Positions 12,301 to 27,300 of a stretch of DNA of 64,000 nt are shown piece by piece; the stretch's first letter is position 1, and each line of letters opens with the position of its first letter. The stretch covers positions 1 through 64,000 of the forward strand of contig JAAILG010000832.1 of the NCBI GenBank assembly GCA_012026655.1. Direction: 5' to 3'. The position numbers and the translations under genes are program-made. The notes under the pieces were generated by a model that saw only the letters and a program-made list of their open reading frames with translations, was not told the DNA's origin and searched no databases. The DNA is from Hydrolagus affinis (Eukaryota).

Positions 12301-15300
12301 GGAAACTTGCCGAAGGTTTCGTCCTGACCTGCCTGGAGCCAATTTCAAGCAGAAACCAAAGAACCCTAAACCCACTCACTACCCTCAACAGCACTATCAA
12401 AGCAACATGGCCCATGTAATGACTCATCCAGATCGCCCTCACACTATTAACCTGCCAATTTACCAATAACTTTATGAATTCATTTATTTGGAGCATTTTC
12501 ACCTCTGAATTCAGAAGGTTGTGGGTTCAAATCCTACGTTTGGACTCAAACTCATAGCCGATACACCAATGCAGCACTGGGGGGGGTGTTGCATCGGAGT
12601 TTCTGTCTGCCTGTTCAGGTGGATGTTTAAGATCCCCTTCGAAATGAGAAGGGAGTTTCTCCCAGTTCCTGGCCAACAAACCCCCAAATAAAATTGGTCA
12701 CTCATTTCATGGCTGTTTGTGAGACATTGCTGTGTGCAACTGTACTGCATGTTTGCCTAAAAATACACCATCATTCCATGTCACAGTAATTCCTGCGAAG
12801 CACTTTGAGATGGCCTTTCGATGTGATAAGGTATTATACCAAATTCAAGGATTAATATAATTATTCAGTACAGGTTTGTAGAAATTAAGAAAAATTTTCT
12901 AAGATGAAGGATCCTGGCTGTTGCATGCTGTCGCATAAATGGGATACAATAGGTACTAAAATTAGGTTAAAGTAAACACTATTCATTTACTAATACTATG
13001 CATGTTTGATTAGTGCCATTTATTGGTGTGAAAGTATCTATCTGCTTTGCACTTCTCAAAAATCACTTATCATCATTATTGCAGTCTTTACAATTAAAAA
13101 ATTATTTCAGCCAAAACAGAGTAATTTATCCACATAATGAACAGTGTCTTGTATCTCGAACCATATTTTATCTCGATCATTAGGTTTTTTGAGATGACGA
13201 GAAGACATGAAAAGCTCTATATCAAATGCAAAGATTAGTAAACCTAGAAATAGTTGGTCTTAAACCAATACCAGTCTCTGAAGGTAGTTTGTGGTGTGCC
13301 ACAAGCAACATGTGAGTGAACTGGCATCTCATCGGTCATCTTCTGAGCATATTCCCATTATCTATAGAGCACACACACCATTCTCAACAGGAAACTGAAA
13401 CCTCTTGTTTCTTAAGAGAGACAAAAAGGGTTTACTTTTTTTTTTTAAAAAAGCTCCAAAGCCTCCCCCTACACCCCCTAGAATTTCTGTTTTTTTGTTG
13501 TTTAAAGTTCTGAACACGCTTGTTTATAAATACACAAATCAAATTATTTAGTGTTTCAAAATGGTTACATTTCAAACTATCTTTATTTCAGAAACGTTAG
13601 ATATTCATCAAAACTCATTTATTTTGCACGCACGCGGTTTTGAATTCCTTCAATGTCAAATCACTGTTGTCTGTTTACAAGAATTGCTCAGTGAATGAGC
13701 TGAAATAAGGCCATATACATGGTATCATTTATTCAGTGTCTATATTTATTTATATATACACACACCCATATGCATGAAGACTGGAGCCCCAGGTAGTTAA
13801 TTTTAGTAGTAGTCGTTAATCTCACCAATCATTGTCAGGCTCCATCTCACCATCTCTCAAGAAATCAACTTCAAGGTCCTCAGCATCATCTATATATCCT
13901 TCAAACTATAGCATCTCTCTATGACTTGCTACCTCACTCGTCTGCTTGTGTCCTCCTTTCAGCTAACTTGGACTTGCTATTGCCCCCCACCCCCCTCCAC
14001 CACCACCCTCTCCGCAGCACCATCCGTGCTTACAACTTACTTCTTTGTCTGTATCTATGATCCTATGGTCACTTCCTTTTCCCTTTGCTCAGCACCTAAA
14101 TTAGAACTAAAGCCAATGCAAATAGAAGTGGAAGAGCTAACCTCTTCATCCACGTATAGATAAGGCGATATACAAGCCGTGATAGTTAATATGTTGGCAT
14201 AATATTCAAACAGTGTTCCAACAATAGTTACTGGGTGTTGAAATGTAGTCAAATCTCAGGTGGATCCCACAGTAAAAAAAGGGATTAATGAGTGAAGGAA
14301 AAAAAAACAATTCCCAGGCCAAAGTATCCCATGGTCACTTTGTGTCTTTCAGGTACTTGATTTCAAAGTGTTTGGGGCAAACTGACCACCCTACCCCCTC
14401 CCCACTAAAGAGTCATCATCAAGGCAAACAGGTGTCAAAGAGAACACTCCAATATCAGCTGAGAAGTGGAGAATTTAATAAAAGGAACTTTTAGATTTGG
14501 GAGTTTAGTCAAATTTGAAATTTTATGTAGAATATACTTTTTTTTAAAAGAAAAAGACCAACAAAAAACTAGTTTCTCAAACAACAATTGGAGCAGACAT
14601 CAATTTAAAGTCTTTTTCATTTCCCTCATTTAGGAGCTGTCTGTTGGGCTTGTGGTCACATTTCACATAGAGCACATCCCTATCTTCAGGAAGATGAATG
14701 TGCAACTTTGTTTCTCTTACTTTTCTACGAACATTTGGAGAAGTAAAATCACAGATCTCATTGCTGATAAAGGTAACGCAAAAGGGCCACATCAGGGCCA
14801 GCCCATCATAATATTCCAGCAACAATGTTCTTAATTAACATTAAACGATTTTGCAGTAGATTTAGCCTAACAGTTTAAGTTGTGTATTTAAGTCAGTAAA
14901 AAAGGTAAAAAATATTTACAATGGAATCTAAAAATAAGTTTGAGCTGTTACAAAAGATTTTTAAATACTACATGTTTAAATGTACAAGAGTTGTACGTCA
15001 AACTTCTTTTAAAATGATTCACTTGAACGATCCAGTTTGAACCAACAAGTTGCTTTATCGATAGGCTTTAACATTTACTAAAATGTATGACATCGATGTC
15101 AATATGAGCTCTGTATTACAATGGAATTTTTCATTGCCTCATTGCAACTGTTGGTCAAAAGGCACATCAACCACATTGTGACGAGAACATTGCATTAATA
15201 CTTACATGACACTAAAGTTTCTGTGAAAAAGTTTAAGTAATGACTTCAGTTTTGTGAAGATTCTAATTATATGTTTTTTCAATCGCAGTTGATGTTATTG

Positions 15301-18300
15301 AAATTTTAAATGAGTAGGCTTCAATAAGGTTACACATTAAAAAAAAATAAGTGAATGGACTTCAACAATGACCTTCTGGTGCAAAGGCATCTTTTGGTCC
15401 AGCACCAAGTAAGTCCAGAGGGTTGTACATTTGATTCCATATCAGAGGTAAATAATCTTAACCAGCTAAGGAGAGGTTAAAGAAATGACTGTTGCTGGAA
15501 AGTGTACATGCGGATATCAGTGAGAATAGGGTCATCTGTAATGCCCTTTTGGTTGCAGAGCTTGCTGACTCTCCTCGTCCAGTGTCATAAGGAATAGTTA
15601 CGTGACGAGAAACTAAACATTTGCCAGCTGTGAAACAACAACTTGCATTTATATAGTGTCCTTCACACAGGGTAACGTCATTAAGCACTTGTACCCAGCA
15701 AGAGTCATCGAGTACAAGAGATGGGGGGGGGGGGGGTGACCTCACATCTTTGTGGGGGAAGCACAGCTCTAATTGTGAAGCCTGGATATATAAAGGTGAT
15801 GCTAACAATTTACACAGCCAATGGTCAGATCAACTGTGATGCCTTTTAATCCAAATAAGAGAAGTAAAGAATCTGCCAACTGATCTGGTGTTCAAAACAT
15901 CTGCTTTGCAGGTAATTGCCGTGAAGCGTAGTGACTGTGAATATTAAGTGTTTTAGCTGATATGCTCCATTTAAAAAGAAAACAATTACCACCATTAATC
16001 ATGCAGCGGTTCAATGTTTGCCATCTCTGCCTTCCGGATTCCAGTTTCAGGAAATGTTTTTTTATTAAAAAGTAGCTTAATGCAGACTGTAGAGATTAGA
16101 TACTGTCCCTCAAACCCCTCCATTGGTGCAAAATGTTTAATTTATTCTGCCCTTTTCATGGTGAATCACTTTGAAAGTTGAGCAAATCTGCTGTGAAGAG
16201 CAGTTTAAATCCTGTCCAAGGCACGATTTGCTTTATCAACTGCTGAGAACATCCAGGGGAGTTGATTGGCCAGGACTTCAATTCACTCAAATTCACTTTT
16301 CACTAAAAAATGGTCCCATTGAAAAATGCTATTAATAATTTAATTGATCTAATTAATCAGACAGCCAGTTTTTTAAAAAAAAATCAACCCCAGTTTTAGT
16401 GGAGTTCTGAACATTCTTCACATCTCCCAAAGTGATGCGGAATATTAAACATAACTTCTCAATTATTGATGTTTTATTTCAACATTACAAGCATCAACTG
16501 CAATAGGATTAATCTTAGATTGAAGGCTATGAACAAAGCGACTCCAAATTCTCTCTGAAAAAATAAGCATGTGAAATTTCTTTTGAACAATTCAGATATG
16601 TGCAGCAATAGGCCTAATCTGCACCCTAAGCAAGTGTTCCAATATGTAATCACTTATCTTAGTGCAAGTGAATTTAAGATGTTGCAAAAGAAGGGTCATG
16701 ATAAGTAGTTGAGCCTCAACCTTCCAAAACGTAATCTTGAAGAATAAATCAGAAGAAGTACCAGAATGGAACAACCCACACAATTTAAGCAATGTACAGC
16801 AAGTTTATGTTAAAACCAGAGCCTCCAGTTACAAACTGAGTACATCAAAAGTCAATAAAGATTAAAAAATGATTTAAAGAAAGGGAAATAAGATAAAGAA
16901 TGTTGCTTTTACGAAGATTTGCATTGATGAATTTACAGCAGAAACTTGCAATAGAAGATTTATATCAAAGGCAGCTGCACTTTTCAGAAAGCCAAGTCTG
17001 TACCAAAAAAAATGTTTAAGCGATAATAGAAATAATTTAACCAAAAGCAAATACAGATTTTATCTCTTACCTCATGCTTCAACTCTTCTATCTGATCCTT
17101 TAGTTCTCGGATATATTGGGTGGCGTCAGAATTACTGAGTTGGCCTTTAACTTTAACCTCTTCTTTCTGTTATAAGGTGACAAAAACACATACTGTAGCA
17201 TTTCTTTAAATCTCGGTTAAATCAGAAGAACTTGACACAAGTACGTAACATGATTTTGTTTCTCTCTAACTTATTTCCCTTCCTCTCGTGAACACCTTTT
17301 TGACTTCTCCTTCTGTGGGACATGGTTCTACAGACAACAACTGCTTCTGGTACCATGCTAAAGCTGACCGTTATTTATGTGCAAGCCATACCAGTTAGTT
17401 TCAGAGACTGTTTGCCAAACTGAGGTAGTGAGGAGGGAGGGGAGTGAGGGAAAGACATGAGTGCATCATGTCCTACCTCAGCATACATATATATATATAT
17501 ATATATCTCAAACACACACACACACAACTCCTGCAACACTCATTAACTCGGAATCAAGAGCAGGCTCATTTCTAAATCTAGGTGGCTGAAATCTCCTATT
17601 TTCATACCATCTGAGATCAGATAATTCAGGGCAGACCTTGAATTAGCTGCACTTTTCTGAAAGTTAAGTCTGTGCAAAAAAAACCTAGCAGAACAAGAAA
17701 ATCTAGTACAACATATAACTATTTTTGAAATGTTTACCACAAACAAAACCAACTTTCTATTTAGAGACTGAAATTTTACTTATTCCAAACATACAGAATT
17801 GAATAAAAACATTGGTTACTGCAGTAACCTCATATAGATCATATCAATTGGGATCATATATTTAACATGACCTTATGCCAAATATGAGATAAGTTAATCT
17901 TGCCTAAGTCATATCACATACAACATAATTCAGAAAATATTTTTCAATGCATCTAGATGCAATGTCTGGGATTCTAAAATTAGCTAAATAATCCTAATAA
18001 TTTCTTTTAGTAATTATTTGAAATGCCCCAATAGAAACTATTATTTAACTGGGACTATCAAACCGGCTCCAATGTGACAATGTTAATGGCAACAAAAGTC
18101 ATAAATACTGCTGAGAATCAGTGTTTTGTTGAGGTTTTCCCTAACCTAACAGAAATCAGATATCAGACTTCCTAGTTAGGAACAAATGGCTCCCACAGGT
18201 GGCAGTTAAACTGTAGCAAGATGTCAAGAATTTAGAAGTAATGACTTCCCTGTTTCTATGTATTTCAGTCCTCCATGGATAGGATTTTAACTTTTCTATA

Positions 18301-21300
18301 TACCTCAACTAAAGCAGGATTCTGCACATTCAATTCAGATGTGGTTCAGTCATCATGATTATCCATTTAATTCTGTAAGCATTAATGAATGCTGCATTAC
18401 CCATGACAATGCCAAAAGCATAAATAAATATTGCTTGGGTTACCCAATGGAACAGAATACAGTACACACTAACTTTAAAAAAATGAAAGTCTGGAAGTGC
18501 AAGATGGTATTTATCAGCAATGTCATGATAAAAATAGTCTAGGAAAATTCTAGCTAAGATTCATCACCAATTTAATTTATTTTTTCCTAATCTATATTAT
18601 TCAGACAGGGACAAAAATAACTTAGTTTTTAAAGAGAATGCGATGGGAGATAGGCCTTAAATGTATTTTTTAAAGTCAGGCTTCTGTAGTTTGATCTTCA
18701 TTTTCTCCCCACCATAGTCTCTATGTTTCTCCCCACCATAGTCTCTATGTTTCTCCCCACCATAGTCTCTATGTTTTGCACCTCTTCAAGAGGACTCCAT
18801 TTATGTGGCTCCTTTGAGCAACAAGTAATGAACTGCAACTCTCAAGGACTGTTTTTGACATCTTGCCCCTCCCTTATTGCATCTTATTACCAGCCGAGAT
18901 TTGCATATCACCATCTGGGGGAAGTTAAAAGTTGATAGCTGCCAACCGAAGCATTCAAACTTCCATATTCCTCTCCACAATCTTTTACATGTTTAGTTAC
19001 CAGTCACAATGCAATGTAGAAGCCAATCACATGACAGGAAAGGAAGGAAATTGAATGGAATCACCATGTTTGACTGATTTTAGGCAATCCCCAGGTGCCA
19101 GTCACAATGAGATGAAAATTCAGAAAATGATTATCTACCTAACAGATGGTGGTAATTGATAATAGACATACCAACAAAAGGAATAGGTTAAGAAAAATCA
19201 ATTAACAAAACTCAGAATAAAATAACCCAAGTCTTTCAACTCATACCTACAAAGATCAGAGGAAAATGGTGAGAAAACAGATTTACACACCCACCTTTTC
19301 AACATTTTCCAATTTCAATGGGAAGCAATGAAGAAACCATTTGTGTATTATATCAATATATATGACAAATATCACAAGCATTTATGAGCTATGCATCCTA
19401 TTGATTTATTTCCTATAAATCCACTCCAGTCCTGTAAAACAATCTGGTAACTGAGTGCTCCATAAAAGCAAATCGCTTTCAGTAGAATAGAAAACAAGAA
19501 ACATTAAACAGTATGTAAACAGTCATAAAATCACATGGGAACATAGGATGTGGTTTCCTCCTCATATAGTGTACATAGTGTACATGTGGTCTAAGAACAG
19601 ATCAAACCAAAGTCTAAAATTCATTTGATATACATTTTTAATTTCATTAAAGAACTGAGTGTTCATATTTCACCAGTATAGGCATTTCTAATGCTGGAAC
19701 ACAATTACCTCCAACTTTATCTACACAGAGATGCAAAGCAGAATCGCAAAAGATAAAAAATAGTTCACAAAAAAAATCTTTTGAATGAGAAGCAATATCA
19801 AGGACCAATGAAATGTTTGAATCACTTTTACTCAGTCTATTCTCGTCCTCCTGAATTGTTTGTAAAAGAGCATCAACCAAATGACTGATACACTGTCCTG
19901 ATCAGGGAAATAGTTTATAAATTTAAAATTGGTAAAAGGTTGAACCTAATATTCCAGTCAACAGTTTTTTTTACGCACATTTAACCCACAAAGCAACCTG
20001 GGACACTGTATAATTGCAAGTTGTTGTTGTGCAAAGAGGCGAAGTGCGATATTTTGAAACTATAAAATTACAAAATTACACTGACAGTATCCAAGGCACA
20101 AAATTTGCCCATAATCATAGCCTGTTTAAAAATTATAGATCAGGCAGAATGGTGAAAAATTATGTTCAGTTTTAATGGTATTTTTGACATCTGCTTCCAA
20201 ATGAATAATAATCCTTGCATTTAATATAGCGTCTTATCACATCTTCAACATAAGAAATGCCAGATGATAAAATAACCAAGGTCCATCTAGTTCGCCCCCC
20301 ACCATCATTGTGGTCGCATGCACATATATTCCAAACTACATTCTTCTGTACTATATTCCATAATGTAATTTCCTAAAAGAAAAGTATTTAGTATGTGTTT
20401 GAAAGAATCAACACTTCCTGCTTCAACCGTCTTCCAGGGGAGCCTGTTCCACAGATTCACTCACTGAAATGGTATTTACGTAGATTTGTTCTAAATTTAC
20501 TTCTCTTCAATCGTAGGCTGGTTTTACTATTCTGGATAAGTTGAAACAGCCTGTCATGATCTATATTGTCTTGCACCTTCAGAATCTTAAAGATAGCAAT
20601 CCTGTCAGCATTGGGCCATTTCAAAGCACTTCACAGAATATATATTAACACAAAATTGTGAATTTTCCACAATTCTATGTGATCTTGAATCTTAAAAGAC
20701 AAAATTATCTTATGAGTTAAGAAGAGGTGAAGATTTGAGCATCATGTGTTAAAGACAGCAAATTCCTGTCAAGCTATTGCTTAAAGGGGCCATACAGTTT
20801 ACATTTCTACAACCTTTTCCATCAGAGCCCTTCACACTGCTGAGGCACTCAAAGATTTCCTGCAAACAATCAATTTTCAAAATAGAATATTTTTTCTTTT
20901 AAAAAAATTGATCATTGGATTAAATTTAGTGTCTTTGACAATAAGAAAATTACCATGTAGTGTATATACCAGAATAGTGGCCTTATGTTTTGCTACACCA
21001 GGTATGAAACTTAATTATTACAGGCATTAGCTGAATATTAATAACTACCAAGACAGTTTTTTTCAGAATATCAACATTTTTATGGCCTGTGTAGAATCAC
21101 AATCATGTTAAGCATAAATCACAGCTTGCACTTATTGCTAGCATCAGCAAAAGAACTGCACACTGAGCTACTCTCTGGATGAATCAGCTATTCTGGGAAA
21201 TGAAAACGTTTCAAGAGTTTGAGACCAATTTTGAGGTATCTGAGTTTATTCATCAAGACCAATTACAACACTTCCCATGGCTTGTAAGATCACACTACAA

Positions 21301-24300
21301 ATGTGAATTGATAGCCTAGCTAAAAACAATAGATTAAGAGCTTCCAAATTCACTAATTTAATCAAATGCTTGGTAGCACATTCAATTCTGGAGGAATATT
21401 TAAATAGCTCCACTGGTTAGCAAAGCAATTGTAACGATTGAAATTAAGCATTATCCAAAAGACATGATTTGCAAATTGATGAGTGGATGATGAGTGATTA
21501 TTTGGATTAATAAATAGCTCACTGATAGTAAGCTAGTTGTCTCTTTCTCTTACTGTGTTCCCTGAAGATGAATCTGTTTGTTCACAGGTTTTTGAAAGTG
21601 AACATGAACAACTTGTTAGAAGAGTGGGCCAGGATTTAGATCAATAACATTACAACTAGTGTCTGTCTGTTCCTGAGTGCTAAAAGCAACATTTGTAAAA
21701 CTGCTCATATTCCAAGTTGTAGATCAACCATTGTCTTCTCACTCTAACATTGAAGTCAGATATCTTTGAAGTTTCTGAGGCGCCCTTCTTCACTTTAACT
21801 ACGAATTATCCCATTTGTTAATAATTTCAGATTATTGCTAGTTAATTTTCTTATAGCATTACACTCCCACACAAAACTAGCACATCATTCTTATGCGTTT
21901 CTTGGGGAAAAATAACTTTTTAAAATTTGACAACAAGTGATATAGGCATACTATCCAGTATTTCATCTAGTCTGAAATAAGCAAAATGACTATGTTGTAA
22001 AATTCCGCTCACCCAGAAGATATACGGATTCAGTTTACAAGTAAGCCAAAGGATATAAATCCTAAATAACTTAAGGGCCCAAAGAATTTAGGTTGATAAA
22101 AGTTTTGTTTCTGCAACAATAGTACAAGAGAACTGATTCAACTGTGATCCATTCAGAAACAATCTAATATACTTCAATATAATGCAACACATTTAGCATG
22201 TTGCTAAAGGGAACTAATATAGAGATGTGCGAAGCACAAGTATGAGTCATTCTAAATGAGATGATTAACTTGAGAATTACTCAGAATGAACCACACCATG
22301 GTGTAGAACATGATCTGCTTCTATCAGTTTTTCTGGTCAACGAAAACAGCCGTTGATACAAAAAGACAGACAATGCACAGTGAAGCTTAAATTTGAAAGA
22401 TCATTATACAACGCTTACTAGTGAAAGAAATATTCCTGTAATTCAGTTCCTTGGATAAGCTGTGTTAAAGCTATGTTAAAATATATTTGAGTTATATTTT
22501 CTTTGTGCAATACCAATTCTCTGGGCTTCTGAATAATTAAGAGCATAAGTCCTCTTGAGCTCCTTCCCAAACAAATAACTAAGAAAGAAAAGAATGGCAA
22601 TGTCCACTATACCAGTTTCAGTTCTAAAGGGGAAAGAAAGGCTAGGGAGGGTGTACTTTCTATTCAAAGTTATCCAATCCCCCAAATTTAGCTAGATATA
22701 TAGTACCACACTGAAATGTCCTCAGTTTGTGTTCAAATTAAGCCACTCCGCAATGCTCTTCCAAAAAATTTATTTTGCAGGGTTTATTTTTGTTGACAGT
22801 GCTTAATAAATATTTTTTGGAGTGCTTAATAAAAAATAAATCAGTGTTTTGGGGAGCTTTCACTTACTTGTAATGAGAAGATTCAGACATGTCTGCGCGC
22901 ACGCGCGCAAGGGGAGTGGCAGAGAAAGAGAGATTAATGCGTGCGCAGTAGGCATCAGGTCAGGGAACTAATTATAGGTTTTTACACTGTTTATTGGATA
23001 AACATCAATTTCATTCTCTTTGTTCTATCAGGGTTTTTTGGTTAAATATAAAAATCAGAAGCCTCAATTACACTGCAAATTGCATCAGCTTTTTTTTTAA
23101 AAAAACTGCACTCCTGTGTTTGACTCATTTATACAGTTCCTTCAGACACATTCTGTGGCTGAGATATCAAGATTCAGATTTAGTTTTTTCACTATGAATT
23201 TTGTGTGGGACCACATGAAATCATCACTCTGCTTGACCTCCTGATGAACCTTTTTTCTCCTGAAACATAATTATCGATCTCTCATATTTGTCACACATTT
23301 TCCATTTGTGAAAAGTCATAGATTTTTTCCCTTATACTTTTGACAAGGCATTATTTTCTCAAAAGGTCTACCAAATCATACCAATAAAATGGCTTTTTGC
23401 CATCGACCTCAAAATCCACGTCACATTCATTGATCCTGCATGAAATGTACTCATGAATGAATTCACCTCATAGATTTACAATCTTTCTCTTTATTCTTAT
23501 TAAGATGAGTGGGAGTTGGAATCTGTTGTTAAAAAGTGATGTTTTTGCAACAACAAATTTGTACCTAAACTGTTATGAAAAATTATAATCTTTAATTTTA
23601 TTTAGAATAATTTAGCTATTCGATACATGGTCAATGGAAAATAAATATATAATCTTTGCATTTGATATAGCGCTTTTCACATCTTTTAGACGTCTCAAAG
23701 CGCTTCACGGAATATACTGTAAAGTGAATTGACTGTATATTTGTGGGCGAAACGATTGCACACAGCAGTGCCCACAAACAGTCGTGGATTGAAATGACTA
23801 GATTTTATTATAGATTTTTTTGGACAGATTATTATTAGGCATGTGAAGTAAGGAAACTTGCCCAAGGTTTCACCCTGACCTGCCTGGATTTGAACCACAG
23901 GTCTCACACTTGTAAGGCGAGTGCTCTAACCATTGAGCTACAGGTCTCACACTTGTAAGGCGAGTGCTCTAACCATTGAGCTACAGGACTCCATATCAAA
24001 CTTGGTGAGATTTCTGTTTAACTTGTTCATCATAAGATTTAAAATAAAAACGTTCTCAAAAGATTTACATACTGTTTCATCTATTTACCATGAACTGGAA
24101 CTTGTGAGTAAAATGATTACAATCATTAAATATATGTGAAGCAACATTCCATGCAAGCAATGACTTTTTAAGATTTAGTTGCAATATGATTCTTATATTA
24201 GCACATAATATTGTAGTAATCAAAATTCCTTTTTGAAGGTAACCCAGCAATGACCTCAATAAGCACAGTCAACACTGATTTAAATCTATCATTTCTGTAG

Positions 24301-27300
24301 TTGAGTTAATTTGAAAACTTCTGTGGGTGTACTGGCAATGCAGCATGTACTGATGTTCAGACTAGATTTCTAACGTCTTTTACATACACCTAGGAACACT
24401 TCACACATTAGTGCACGATTAGGTTAAAAATGGTTATTGTGGTGCAATTTCAAGATTTTTGAAGTTGGTCACTTGCCAAAAGGGCTTACGTGGAAAAACA
24501 ATATGGGTGTGTGCTGACACCGTTTCCTGTGCACTTCCTCTTACCTTTGAACACTTGGCTTTACGAATGCTCTCCTATAGTTCTGTGAATGCAATCAAGG
24601 ATGTGTGTACTCTTAACTTACTTAAAAACACAGCATTCTTCATCTGTATTTCATCGAATCCTATGTTTCCATTATGTCACCCATACCTCTCCCAAAAATC
24701 AGCACAATCTTCACCTTTATTTGCCAAATTTGGTTGGGATTATGAATACAGGACAATTTTTTTTGTTTTTACAGTGCTTGATTTTAAAGCCTGAGTGAGA
24801 CTTCTAGATAGGCCATGACTTAGTCAATGTCCCTATAACATGAGAGATATAAATGATTACATTAACAATATAGACATGCTCTTGCGTTCCTTAACAAAAG
24901 GGAATTAAATGTGTCCCGTACACATTACTTTATGTTTAGATCAGATATGCACTTATCATTCCTCACCTTCACCAACAAAAAGGTTTCTCAAAACTGGCCT
25001 TAACATCGCAGGTTAGCACGAAAAATTTGTGGTTATTTCATACAGTTCACTTTTAGAAGTGATGTAAAAGATCAGAAAAGCATGAAGTTTCAAAATTCAC
25101 AAGACATTTTCCTGTTTTCACATTCTTCATAATGCAGATAAAGAACATCAATTTGCAAGTTTTAACGAAATGTTATTGCAATTATCTCTTTAAATCAAGT
25201 TCTTTACACTTTTCACAGAACAGCACACTGAACTGTTAATTATCTATTCTTGAATCAATGAATTTCACTACAAACTGTTGATTCAGTAGTTTGCTGTAAA
25301 GATTACCAGCAGTTAACAGTGAAATAGTGTGAACTCTGCAATAGTTCGATACATCATTCAAACTAGATCTAAAAATTGTAGTAACGCAATTTGTTACTTT
25401 AAGTACCTGGATTTCTAGTTCAGCAACGTGTTGTTGGAGCTCAGCCACAGCTGCAATACTATCTGCTTCTCGAAGTCTCACAGCCATCACATCTTCTTTA
25501 TTCTGAAATAAAACAATATACAAACCGCAAAGTAAATAAATCTCTTAAAAATGTCAATTTAATGAGACGGGTGTGTTATCTGATTTCACAAGCAATTAAT
25601 GTAACTTGTGGTTGCTGTATATTATTTAAAAATGAAGGATTGTGTCTACGTAAATCCACAAACTAGCTCAAAACTACAGCATTTTGGTTGACTCTCAGTG
25701 CTCCTGTAAGACTTTGATCCAGTCTGATTTCCTTCAGCTCTGCAATATTGCCCTGTTCTATCCATACCTCTCACCTCTGGTGCAGCCAAATCTCTCATCC
25801 AATCCTTTGGCCTTTCCAGACGTGATTTTACTAATGCTTTCCTCACCATCCTTCCTAGCTCCATCCTCTACCAGTTCCAAATGATCCAGAATTCCATTTC
25901 CTGAACCAGATTCCTCGAACCCAACATCATTATCGTCGCTCGGCTCCCATTTCCCAACAGATCGACTGTAACATTTTCGTTCTTACTTTCAAATGCTCCA
26001 TACACTTGCCCTCCCCCACCAACGATCTCCTCACCCACTCCCTCATTTAGCGCCTTGGGATGACCTGCCGACGTGAAAGGCACTCTATAAAATGTAATTT
26101 TGTTGTTTTGTTGTTGTTAATTCAGGCCTGAGGGAGCAAGGATGATGGGGGAAAGGGGGAAACCGAGGCTCAGTCAAAGAGGTAGGTTTGAAGGCAGGAT
26201 TTGAAGATGAAGAGAGACGGAGGAGCGAGACACAGGGATATAGGGAGGAAGTTCCAGAAGTTAGTAAAGTAGTAAATGAATGCCTATAGCTCTTTAACAG
26301 CATTAACCAATACTGTCTGTCTCGCATTTTGGGACATCCTCCGAACATGAAAGGCGCTATACAAATGTAATGTTGTTGCAGTACGTAGCTGCTTTTGTTA
26401 TCTTGGTTTTACAACATCTTTTCAATCCTAGCAGAAATGGCACTTATTTAATATATTTGCACACTGTATATTGGAATAGGAGTTTGCATAAGAAGTTGCT
26501 AATAACTGCAACTAAAAGTTCACGGCTTGCACAGGACATTTTATTGTGGGTGCAGATGCTGGTTTTAAATTCATTCGATGTACCAGAATCGTAAACGAAT
26601 GTACCGGAATACACCGATGTTGCTGCAAACTGAAAAACCTCACGAGGGTTGACCAAGATGTGTACAGCTGTGACCGACATGCAGCAGTGTGGCCTCCTCA
26701 AAGCAGATGATTTACAATTTGCAATTGGGCTGTTCAAATTAGCATCATGTCACGACTGTGCAGCTAATGTACTTCTCGAGAAAGAAATTGCAATAATTCC
26801 TGCTATGAATTCTTAATGGGGTGGGAGGTGGGGGGAAAGGGAAGATAAGAGTGACCAACCACATCAAAAAAATTGTCTAAAACAATACCCATTTACATTT
26901 ATTTCCTTGCAGACAAAGAAACGAACACTTGTTTTTATACTCAATACAGGAAATGTAGAGGTTGATAAAGTGGATTTTTTTTCAAAACCCTTTGACATAA
27001 ATACCTCACTTGGGTTACACAAACAATAAAGATGACACAAAGTACTGCAATGTTTTGTAACAGATGGAAATACCTAGCATAATTGTGATGATATCAACAG
27101 GTGATATTATAGTTGTGCTCAAAATGGTTTTTCAATCTCAAAATATGTCATTTTCACCCCCAAATCAATGAGCAAAAAACATTGCCAAACTTTCGGTTGC
27201 TTGTTCACCTAGGATCATCTTTGCCCGTCAGTGAAGCTTAGATTTGCTTATAACGGGATGGTCAAATTGAGAGGGCCAACTTCACCCACCTCCAACCCTG

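Noticed and set aside
17814-17829. Perfect 16-bp palindrome GGTTACTGCAGTAACC (also small hairpins at 30707-30731 and 54841-54863)
   Set aside because: Palindromes and stems of this size are expected by chance in 64 kb of AT-rich DNA.
18702-18773. 24-bp direct repeats as a CRISPR-like array
   Set aside because: Units are contiguous with no spacers and the context is a vertebrate intron. It is a plain minisatellite.
26444-26737. 97-aa ORF on the gene strand in intron 17 as a possible extra exon
   Set aside because: No convincing splice pair or EVI5 similarity; exons 17 and 18 already join in frame.
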